Below are positions 12,601 to 24,600 of a stretch of 64,000 nt of DNA, piece by piece; position 1 is the stretch's first letter; the number at the start of each line of letters is the position of its first letter. The stretch is from contig NW_026262593.1 in assembly GCF_021869535.1 (NCBI RefSeq), positions 6,138,001 through 6,202,000 of the forward strand, read 5' to 3'. The DNA comes from Mytilus californianus. Taxonomy: Eukaryota. Both the position numbers and the translations under genes were made by a program. Under the pieces are notes generated by a model. It did no database searches. It was not told where the DNA came from and was given only the letters and a program-made list of their open reading frames with translations.

Positions 12601-15600
12601 CAATGATGCAAGGCCCAGCCTATGATATTAGTCACAGACAGGTTGGTATTCAACATTACTTCTAAAGTCACATACAAGTCAGTTCATGGTCTGCTGCCTT
12701 TTTCACAAAAAATCATATGAGTGAGAATCCTCTCAAATCATATACATTTCAGTATAACTTAAGATTTTTTGGTGTAAAGAGTCGCTGATCATTTCAATGA
12801 AAATACTTTTTGTTATACAAGCATACCATTAGCAGATTTTATAAGGAAAAATGATGGAAAGTTAAAAAGATGTTTTTCTTTCTTGATAAATTTGAATAAT
12901 TTCAAGCAAGAATTTGAAGGATGCAATGGTCGTTATTTTAGAAACTATTCAGTATGACATAAAGACGACTGCATTAGAATTCTTATATTTAGTTTCAGGA
13001 AGTTTTAGTAGATTCACATATTGTTCACATATGTTTATAAAATAATTTTATACTGTTCAAATAATCATACATAGATATTTATAAATTTAGTAATGTGATT
13101 TAAGATATTTATATGTATATTTTCAGCCGTCAATCCCACCACCTCATCCAGAAATAAGTGAGCAGGTATTCCGTCCTACCCATACTCCTATAATGATGCC
13201 TCTTCCACAGCCAGACAGGTAATATTAGCTGTTAAGTCATGTGATACTATACAATTTATTTTTGTGAGCAAATTTTTTCACAACTTTCGTGAGTAGAAAA
13301 TTAACAGGAATATAAATCATTAGAAATATGTAATAAATTTAGAGAATCTTCCCTTATATAAATACATCATGAAAATTAGAAATTGCAACAATAAATTGCT
13401 AATAAAGAGACTAGAAAGATCTAAACATGAAATAAAATAAGTCTGTTTACAGTACTCATTTACCATATTTCAAATGACAACAGTTACCTCTAATGTTTTT
13501 CATTCTAAAATGTGAAAATGAAAAAAAAGTTAACTTTAAAGATATTAGAATATGTCCATGTGGTTAAATTTGTTCTGATTTTGTCAACAGATAAGTTTGA
13601 ATTGTTCTATTATTTTATTTACCAAAGTACTAATTCACATCTCAGAAAAATTTAAGGTAGAGTAAAAAAAAATAAAATTAAGCTGTTATACAAGTAAATT
13701 TTAATACAGTTTGTTCATATTATTTTTAATGCTAAATAAAAGGCTTAGCTATTGTCTTTTCTTTGAATGTCTGATTCAGAAGAGATTTCTTAGTCTGCAT
13801 GTATGCTCGATATTAGTTTGAGGAGTAGACAAGTATTTGGGTTCGAATATTTTACTGTTTCATCTTTATATTTATTTATTTTAGAGCCCAAGGACTGTCT
13901 AGAGCAGCCTATGCCAGACTTTACTCAGCTGGTTTCCATCCAATTCTGGATCGTAATAAGGAGCCACCAGAAGTTATAGATCCTAATGTACCAGTACAGA
14001 TAGACTTAGTCAAAGAGGAACAAGATACATTACAATGTAATGAAATTATCTTCCAGTTCTTAGCCTTCTCCAAGTAAGTATGAAGCAGGGATTGTAGTTA
14101 TCTTCCAGTTTTTAGCCTTCTCCAACTTAGTATGTAGCAGGGATTGTAACCTAGGTTTTATCTTTGTACAGAATAGTATAACACAGGGGATGTCACAAAG
14201 TTCTTAGCTTTCTGAAAGTATGTGTAAACCACAGATCATTGTTTCACACTTCTAAGCACTCTTCAAAATAAAATGTATTGGGTAATATCTAACTTCTTAG
14301 CTGTTTATTAGTATGTGTGGTATTTTTCCATTCTTGTATGGGACTTTTTTACCACTGAATAACATGTTCTTTGTAAAAAAAAGAATTTGTGCGTAATTGA
14401 CGTAGTTTGATTGATTATTGTTTTCCAGTGGTCAATATTCAGACTGATCACAGATTAATAAATCAAAAAAATAGGCAATACACAGTGGGACAACCAGAAT
14501 GAAGGGATGGGAGTTTCTGCTTGAGTAAGGGTAGTTTTTACTGTTGAAAAGGAGAAACCCAGGCAACTTGTTTTGTAACCCCATTTACAACTGGGGTAGA
14601 TTGCTGAAGATAAATTATATAAATAAGCAACTGATGAAAATCACTAGTGCTAACAAAAAATATGTCTTATTTTGTTAAAATTATATGTACATGTATAATT
14701 AGCTTCAGGTAAGGTAAAAAAAATATATATATTTTTTTCAACTTTATATTACAAATTTTTTAGAAAACTTTATAAATGTAGACAAAAAAAATTGCTATTT
14801 ATTGCAGATATGGCAGTGACATCCAAGAGAAGAATAAACATGCCGGGACAGTATTCTTTACTTTCCAATTCTACAGGTGTCCACAAGTTACCACAGAAAG
14901 GTAAATATATGTCTTAAGGTTTCTACAGGTGTATACAGGTAAGATATACAAAGGTAAATTATATACCTTCTATAAATGTCCACAATTTACTACAGAAGGT
15001 AACAGTGGACTGGTCTAAATGTTCAATTTTGTATCCTAACTTTTGTTTTCAGTTAAATAAACAAAACCTGTATAAGAAAAGATCTGTTTTCTGCACTAAA
15101 GAGAGATTTGTTTGAACAATGGACTAGCAGTGTAGGTAGACGATAGGCTTAATTTCTAACACTTTTGAAAATATATCATAAGAACTTAATTTTCCATTCA
15201 AATCAATCTTTGCTCATGTGATATGTTTTAATCGAGACAAAAAACCAATATGTATGTTTATGTTACAGACTGTTGTTGGCGAAACCACAGAATGACCTGT
15301 CTTCAGATCCATTGTCCATGCCATTTATACTGCAGAGATTAGAGAAAGATGGAGCTCTAAGTAATGGACCACCAGGACTAGAGGTATGCATTTTATTATA
15401 TATAAATAAAGGAAAATGTTTGGTATAAGTCATTGAGACAGTAACCCAACAAACACAAAAAAAACCAAAGACATTTGTTCATCAACAAAAGAGTGTCTAC
15501 ACAATTCTGTATTTGTGTGTGTTTAATTTTCGCGGCAAACTTTTCCCTACACCGACATTTCACTGTTCATTTAAATGCATTGTTCAAGGTCATGAAACGA

Positions 15601-18600
15601 GAATTATGAACACAGCGAACAAATTTATTTCTAAGGCTGTCCCAATCAGTGGAAAAAAAATGATGTATGGTATTTCAAGCTCTTATTCACCATGAATCTT
15701 TATAAAATGTTGTGAATAAATTGAACAGAAACTAATAAAGATGTACAGTGATTTTTCTGCTAAATTAAAGAAATGATTTGCCCACTTCAAAGTTTAGAGT
15801 TAGTATTCTAAATGATTTGTTCTTCAAACCAGGGCTTCCAAAACGGTCGTATTGTTCGGACTTGTCCAATAAATTATCTTATGACTTGTTGTGCCAAACC
15901 TGAAACTGACATTTAACGTTGGTTTGTCATTTTAACATAATTCAGAAAAAAAATTGAAAGTTTTTCGGATCTATTTGACCTGACCTTTTGCCTTAAACAG
16001 CCACATTTCTGGTCATAATAGTGACATGGTGAATAAGTACTATCAAAACAAACCCTACTTAAATACCCTCTCATTGCAATCAAGGTTAATTAGTCGTCAG
16101 ACAGTTGAAATTTACCTGTTCAGGTGACAGGTTAACTAATATGTACCGGATATTGATCAGTATATTTGAAGTTATTTTCATAAATTTCAGCGGTTTGCAT
16201 CTAATTTATTTAGTCAAAAAGATTAAGATTATCAAAAATACGTATTTAAATATGATTTGATGAAAAATTTAAAAAGGTATTTATAAAGGTAAGCGAAAAA
16301 TTGTCAGAACCACTTTTTTTTAACTAGTACACGTGTGCCCAGTTATGAGATTTTTTTTTCTTCCAAATTCTTCAAAAATTCTAAAATTATCATTGACACC
16401 TTTATCTATCGTTCATTTCAAATATTTTCTTCAAGAAATAACTTGGAAAGAGCAACTTAAACTCAATCGTGCTATGTAAATGTACACAGATTTTACGTAT
16501 CCATCCCTGGTCTGTGTTTTACCATTGTCAAGTCAACATCCCTTATAAGAAAATGTGCCTTCTAAAAAAACAAAAGTAAAGATTTTGACAACTGAATTTT
16601 GCACAAATAAAGATTCTAAGGCAGATATTAGTATGCTAATGTTGCACACTTCGAATGATGCACTGTCAATTTAACAGTTTACGTCAGTACATTGAATTTG
16701 TATCAAAAGTCAAGTTTAATATTGTTTTTATGTCAATCATTGTTTATATGATGCCCAACTGATTACCATGATTGCCTTTTGTTACTTAGTGTTAAAGGAT
16801 TAAAATCTTGATAAGACAATAAATGTCTGGCTGGCACAAATATTTTTTGGAAGCCCTGCTTCAAACATAATAGATAAAAATCAAAATTAATATATAGGTT
16901 ATAACATGATAAGATATTATTATTAACCAGAAGTGTAATTTGATGTTTTAGGTTAAATATTATATGGATCCAATGTCTATGAAACTAGGAGAAGTCAGTT
17001 TGCTTTTATCTCATCTATACAGACAGAGATTACATATTGATGTCTGGGATGGAGACTCACTGATGAGGATTGGTTCTGCTTCAGTACCTCTCATGGTAGG
17101 TATCTTTAAAGATCTTTGAACTCCGGATTCCCTCATAAGGTGTGGTTTTGCTTCAATGAATGGGGAATCACTTACAAGGAATGGATAGTTTTTAATGACT
17201 CTCAGAGTAGTAGATATACCTTTAGATGTTCAAAAGTGGAATTTCATTATGAAGTTGGTCATCATCTCTTAGTTATACCAAAGTTGATTTTAAAAAATGA
17301 GGATTGTGTTTAATAATAAGTTAACTATGCTTAGATGAATGGGACAGGGTTCCCTCATTAGAATTAGTTCTGTTTGAAAGGATAATTAGAAGAAAAACCT
17401 TTGAAATAATGGGATCAGAACTCAATTAGATATTTTGCACTGATCATGCTATTGAAAATATCACTTTACAGTGTTCCAGCTAGGATTTCAAAAGGGCAGG
17501 GTGCCAATCCTGAAAAAGGGCATTTAACGCGTGATATGATAATATGAAAAGGGCATGTTTTAATAAAGATTATAATCAAACATTGTTTGTTCATTGAATC
17601 ACTGGTTATATATATACAAGAACAACATCATTAGCCCAGAGAAAAACTTATCTTTCTACTTTTTAGGCTAAAAACTTGTCAAGCAGCTTGTCACCCAAGT
17701 TTTAAATCATTGCTTGGCACAGTTAAGCTTTATATGCAGTATTTTTTGAAAAATGTCCTGCTTCATTCTGTTTCTATGGTCTGACACACTTTACAAGTTT
17801 CACCTTTCTACCTTTTCTGTGCTTAATGGCAATACAGCACAAAACAGCTGTAAATGCACAATGTTAGGATATAGTGAACAGTGAAAATTTGGATTGAAAA
17901 TAAAAAATACAGAAAAAGATGACCAAGGCACCCTACCAACCCTGCTACTAAGACCCTCTTTAACTTTTCCCATAAGTCAAAACACCTAAACATATAAATT
18001 CTAAAGCCAGAAGTATGAAGACATATTTAATAATATCATGAATATCTTAGTAGGTTACTCAATGCTAGGAAAAAATAAGATTGAGTTATCTTTCTTTATT
18101 TGGGTGTGCTCCTTCTTTGGAGGATAATAAACAGTACGTAGAAGATGTAAATACGATCAACAATATGGCGGCCGAATTTGTTATTTTCGTATAAAAAATG
18201 AAGGCAGTCAATGAAAAATACGTCTTAATTTGCTATTTATTTCACGGAAAACAATAAGAGCAATGTTTTTAACGAGTTGATTATGGTTTTCGACTTTCTG
18301 TCAATTACGTTTTCTCCATGAAACTACGGTAAATATTGCTAATTGTGCCCAAGTTGTATGAACATTTCTTCAAGTTTAAAGACAAATGCCGACTGACCGA
18401 TTCTATTTGAATGAATTAATGTTGATGATCATTAAATGACCCATCCGATAAACGGATTACCTATAACAACAGATTATGACACCTGTTGTAACCGTTGATT
18501 AGCTTTGGGTCGTAAACAAAGTCATATATTGTCGCCAGGTAAATTTTCGTTATTGGCTGATCATATCAATACGAACAAAATAATATACCAATCGATCTTC

Positions 18601-21600
18601 AAAAAAGGCAGGGCGCTCTGCAAACTGTAAAAAGGGCACAGGGCGGCACTCGGGAAAGGGCGGGCGGACCGCCCTGTGAAAACGACCTAGCTGGAACACT
18701 GCTTTAATTTCTTAATGTACATTAAATACTTTTTTTCCATGATAAGTAATAACTGTCTATGAGAGTTTGTATGCGTTTCTTGATATAATTGATGTCATAT
18801 TATATCAATATCATTTAATTGATGCTTAGAGTTTTAATTTATTTTTCAGTATTTATGTAGAAGTGGACACGAAGCTGTTCAGTCGACCTTTGAACTTGAT
18901 GTAGTAATGATGGAATATGATGACCCCAATCTTATAGCTGGTACCCAGAGTCAAGGTGCTCAGCCATTAGGGATACAGTCCATGATGAAAGGAAAACTGC
19001 ATTTTAGGATGGCTAATGTTGGACATTATTCTGATCCTAAAGCCAACTTAATGGGTTTGTATTTATTTTTTCTTAATTGAACTATGTGGTTTAAACAATC
19101 TTTGGTAAACTTGTGATGTTGTCTTAACTTCAACTTTCCCGACAACTACTGTTATTCATATGTCAATGAGGTTGTAAACCTAAAAGCTTTCCATTAATTA
19201 TTTGTAATAGACACATGTATTGATATTTTTAATATACCATGATCAATATTCAATAAATAAAAAAATCTTAATTAGATTTGAAAATGGAAATTAGATTTGT
19301 ATAAAATTCAAAAATTCAAGTAAAAAAAATCCATGATATTGTTCCCATAATGTTAAATCCTAAATTTCATTTATAGATGGCATGTTAACAAAAACACAGC
19401 AGGGTGAGGCTCTTTATTACTACATTAATAATTTTGTTTTATATCCATCAGTCTAGTGTTGTGTTGATTTATAGATAAAATAATTTTCTCTGTCTTTTAG
19501 TTTTAGACAATATTAATTATCTTTATTTCACTCTATTTTATATATCTGTTTGTAAACAAATGTTGTCTCAATGTGATATAAAAATGAAGCTGCCAATCCC
19601 ATCTCATACCTGATGATCAGATCTTGAAATATTTTTTTTCTGAATTTTTTTTAACATTTTAACCTTAATTATATCCCATAATATGAAACCATACACTTCC
19701 TAAGGTACACATGTCTTGTTGTTCTTCATATAAAGTTTAATCCCACATTTAAAGCCTTGTGATGGACTTTTACTGGAAGAAAAAGATATATTTAGAAACA
19801 TATCTCAACTCCCAGTTTTTGGGATATTCATCTTTGCACTGATGGTATATGACCCCTAAAAAAGATTGTTCTTTAAAATGCAAATCTTTTTTTTTTTGGC
19901 CATTATACTTATTTTGGTCAATATCTAATAGAAATAAATAACATAAAACCAAAATCCAACCAAAATTTGTGTAGAATTAAAATAAAAACTGTTTGACAAC
20001 TTACTGCACAACTGTATAGAATTAAAAATAAAAGATAAGTTTAGATTTGCACAAATACCATTGGATGAAATAGTGTATTCATTATTGGTGCAAAATTATT
20101 TAATGTATAGTTGATATTTAGAATATGATATTGCATTTATCATTTCAACTAACCCCAACTTTCAATCATTTGGCAAGCAATTGAGTTTTGAATCAGTTTG
20201 TTGAACCATATCTTCAATGATCTGTCATTTATGACCTATTTAGGTTTACCTTCATCTATCTCTATCTCTACTTTGATAATACCATCTGTCTTAAATGTAT
20301 ATAAGTCTAGTCTTAGATTGTCAAAGAGAGAGTCTGTGTTAAAATATAGATAATCTATGGCAGAATGTAATATCTAAATGTAGTATAGTTCTCTATAACC
20401 TTGTAGCTAGTCTCTCTATATATATACTATTTACAGTGTCCAGTAAATCTACCAAAGTCATTTCAAATACAGCAGGTAACATTGCTTATCCTGGTGGCAG
20501 TCTAAATACTAATTATACAGGTAAATAAATACAGTCTAAATACTAATTATACAGGTAAATAATACAGTCTAAATACTCATTATACAGGTAAATAATACAG
20601 TCTAAATACTAATTATACAGGTAAATAATACAGTCTAAATACTAATTATACAGGTAAATAATACAGTCTAAATACTAATTATACAGGTAAATAATACAGT
20701 CTAAATACTAATTATACAGGTAAATAAACACAGTTGTTATTATATTGGTTGCTTATTAAAATGTATGAATTGAAAGAAAGAAGAGATTGTTACAGGAAGA
20801 TTAACTAACAAGTAATTTATTGGTTTTGAGCCTCAAAAAGTCTGATATGTTTTAAAAGTATTATGATAAAGTTCTTGAAGCATGCCAGTCTGGTTTCATG
20901 TTGATAGTCCATGGCTAATAGTCATTTAAATGTCAAATACGATTATTGTACTTAAATACGAAGTACAATTTTGCCCAATTTACCGAACAACAATATATGT
21001 TTAGAAAATTGTTTTTTTCCCATTAAGGTATAACACCAAAGAAGAAGGTAGCCAGAGCTCATCACATCACAGAGAGTAACAGAGAAGTAGCAGCCCTACT
21101 TCACTCACATCAGGACCAAGTTATTCCTGAGAGGGACAATAATCGTGAAGGAGACTCAGAGAAACTGAGAAAGTTATCACGTATGGAGGCCGTCAGACAG
21201 AAGGAGGGAATAGATAATAAGTTTAATACTGTTATGGTAAAAAGTTATTATTATGTTGTTTATAATTAAAAATATTACCAGTAACATTTTAGTGCTAATT
21301 TCACCTTCAGATAGGGCTGATTGACCAAAATGAAAGTTAACTTCTTATTAATCATTTTATCATACCCCTTGCTCCAGAAGAGGGTGGTATACTGCTTCAT
21401 CTTTGTCCACTGCTTTGTGTGTCTTTCTGTTCATCTGTACAATAAAGTTATTACCACATTTTTCTTAGTAACTACATATCAGAACTTCCTGCAATTTGGT
21501 AGTGATGAACGAAAAACAAATATGATAGACAGCGACCCAACTACAACCACTAAATAACAGGCTCCTAACTTGGGACAGGCACATACAGAATGTAATGGGG

Positions 21601-24600
21601 TTAAACGTATTTGCAAGCACTCAGCGCTCCCCCTTATTTTAGACAGTGGTGTTATAGCACAACATAAAATTGATAACCTATTAGAAAATACAGTATATCT
21701 AATACAAACATGTTTTTCCTGACATGGTGAAAAGGTTTGCTTTGGAATAAAATGGTTTTTGTTTTTTATATTCCCAGAGTTATAAAACAGAGAAGCAAGA
21801 GAGGATGAGAGATTTTAAGACACTTGAGATTTACCGTATGCAAAGTAAGAAGGACGGAATCTTGAACATGCTCAGTCAGGCTATCACTACAGATCACGTG
21901 ATCAATCCAGCATTTGGTAGTACAGAATTCTTTGAGTTTGTACTGAAAAATCCTTACAATGTACAGCAAACATTTACTGTGGAGTTTGATGACAAGTATT
22001 TACAGTAAGTGTAATTGTTATATTTGTACAATTTGTTTATGTGATAAAATTGAATGTAATAAAAGGAGATACCAGTATATATACATGTGTGAGACACCAA
22101 CCCAATGACACAGAAAACCAAAAGACATCTAGAGGTCAAAATAACAACTTCAACAATATACAGATGTCTGTTTAATACATATGCATGATTACAATGATAA
22201 TAGTAGAACTAATGATGAATACAATGCAGTGCTTTTATCATAGTAAAAACCTCTGAACTGAGTATACTGAAGGCAAGAACGAACACATTTAAAAGGTTTT
22301 TTGCATTTTCTGTTCCAACTATATGGAATGAACTTCCAGAAGCACTGAGACACAAATATAAATACTGTTTTAATTTTTTACTGGATAATCAAGGAATAAT
22401 TAAATGAATATAATTTATATTAACAATTTCTTCTGTATAATTTATAATGTTATATTGGTTATGTAAAATTTTGTGTGATGCATTGTGATGATCTCAAGGG
22501 AGAATAGTTTTTGTACTAATTGAAATTACCCTCTTGAAATAAAAGTAAGTTTTATTATTATTTATCATTATTAAACATCCTTTCTGTTTTCAGTGTAATC
22601 ACAGATGCTCGTGAATGGAGATACTTCAAACAACTGAATGGTTTACAGTCACCATTAGAGGAAGGAATGTTTACCAAACAAAGTAAATCTCAGTTTGCAG
22701 AGATCTTCCTCAGACCAAAGGAGACAGTGTATATTCCATTTAAATATCTGTCGTTTAAGGCTGATCACACTGTTCATCCACAGGTATGTATATTCCTCAG
22801 GCCAAAGGAGACTGTGTATATTCCATTTAAATATCTGTCGTTTAAGGCTGATCATACTGTTCATCCACAGGTATGTATATTCCTCAGGCCAAAGGAGACT
22901 GTGTATATTCCATTTAAATATCTGTCGTTTAAGGCTGATCATACTGTTCATCCACAGGAATGTATATTCCTCAGGCCAAAGGAGACTGTGTATATTCCAT
23001 TTAAATATCTGTCATTTAAGGCTGATCACACTGTTCATCCACAGGTATGTATATTCCTCAGGCCAAAGGAGACTGTGTATATTCCATTTAAATATCTGTC
23101 GTTTAAGGCTGATCATACTGTTCATCCACAGGTATGTATATTCCTCAGGCCAAAGGAGACTGTGTATATTCCATTTAAATATCTGTCGTTTAAGGCTGAT
23201 CATACTGTTCATCCACAGGTATGTATATTCCTCAGGCCAAAGGAGACTGTGTATATTCCATTTAAATATCTGTCATTTAAGGCTGATCACACTGTTCATC
23301 CACAGGTATGTATATTCCTCAGGCCAAAGGAGACTGTGTATATTCCATTTAAATATCTGTCGTTTAAGGCTGATCACACTGTTCATCCACAGGTATGTAT
23401 ATTCCTCAGGCCAAAGGAGACTGTGTATATTCCATTTAAATATTTGTCATTTAAGGCTGATCACACTGTTCATCCACAGGTATGTATATTCCTCAGGCCA
23501 AAGGAGACTGGCTATATTCCATTTAAATATTTGTCATTTAAGGCTGATCACACTGTTCATCCACAGGTATGTATATTCCTCAGGCCAAAGGAGACTGTGT
23601 ATATTCCATTTAAATATTTGTCATTTAAGGCTGATCACACTGTTCATCCACAGGTATGTATATTCCTCAGGCCAAAGGAGACTGTGTATATTCCATTTAA
23701 ATATCTGTCATTTAAGGCTGATCACTCTGTTCATCCACAGGTATGTATATTCCTCAGGCCAAAGGAGACTGTTTATATTCCATTTAAATATCTGTCGTTT
23801 AAGGCTGATCACTCTGTTCATCCACAGGTATGTATATTCCTCAGACCAAAGGAGACTGTGTATATTCCATTTAAATATCTGTCATTTAAGGCTGATCACT
23901 CTGTTCATCCACAGGTATGTATATTCCTCAGACCAAAGGAGACAGTGTATATTCCATTTAAATATTTGTCATTTAAGGCTGATCACACTGTTCATCCACA
24001 GGTATGTATATTCCTCAGGCCAAAGGAGACTGTGTATATTCCATTTAAATATTTGTCATTTAAGGCTGATCACTCTGTTCATCCACAGGTATGTATATTC
24101 CTCAGGCCAAAGGAGACTGTGTATATTCCATTTAAATATTTGTCATTTAAGGCTGATCACACTGTTCATCCACAGGTATGTACATAAGACTGTATGGTTG
24201 TGTGCAAAGACAGGGGTCTATTATAAAGGGAAACTACTGATAAGAAGGGTTCCATTAATACATGTGGGACAAGGGAAGGCACTTTGAAATATCCACTTTT
24301 GGCTGGGTGTTTTGTATAGTGAAAAAGAGAAATTCTCAAGTTCCATCCATAGATGGTTACCCATTTTTAAAATGCCGTACCTGGGTGCCATGTATGTTTA
24401 AATGGAACAGCCTGAAGCCCTTTTTCCAAAAATATGGATCTTGCATTTTTTCTATCAATTTTGGCTATTGGGTATTTCAGTGTTCAAGCATATGAAATGT
24501 TCTTCTAGATATTCCAGTATCAAGAGTAAGTCCTCTTAAAAGCATGATTGAGCAACTTAGTAGAGATGTATAGAAATATCTCTTGCAGTTCAGTAAATTG

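Noticed and set aside
17060-17067. CTGATGAG in NPHP4 exon w11 as a hammerhead core
   Set aside because: No helix II or GAAA follows; it is coding sequence (SLMR).
20244-20353. Alternative phase-1 exon GLPSSISISTLIIPS...
   Set aside because: No convincing donor before the stop; exon 20437-20520 fits phase and homology better.
22790-22800. Internal acceptor-like attcctcAG in each 87-bp unit as a route to tandem cassette exons
   Set aside because: It lies 17 nt after the donor and in phase 2, so joining it to phase-0 donors would frameshift.
22703-24181. CRISPR-like interpretation of this and the 20.5, 58.8 and 60-62 kb arrays
   Set aside because: No unique spacers, no cas genes, and a spliceosomal eukaryotic context.
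22667-24287. 506-aa and 530-aa repetitive ORFs, plus minus-strand ORFs 22655-22951 and 23012-23212, as standalone genes
   Set aside because: All are by-products of the 87-bp array. Only the frame of 22667-24187 is meaningful, as a possible extension of NPHP4 exon w16.
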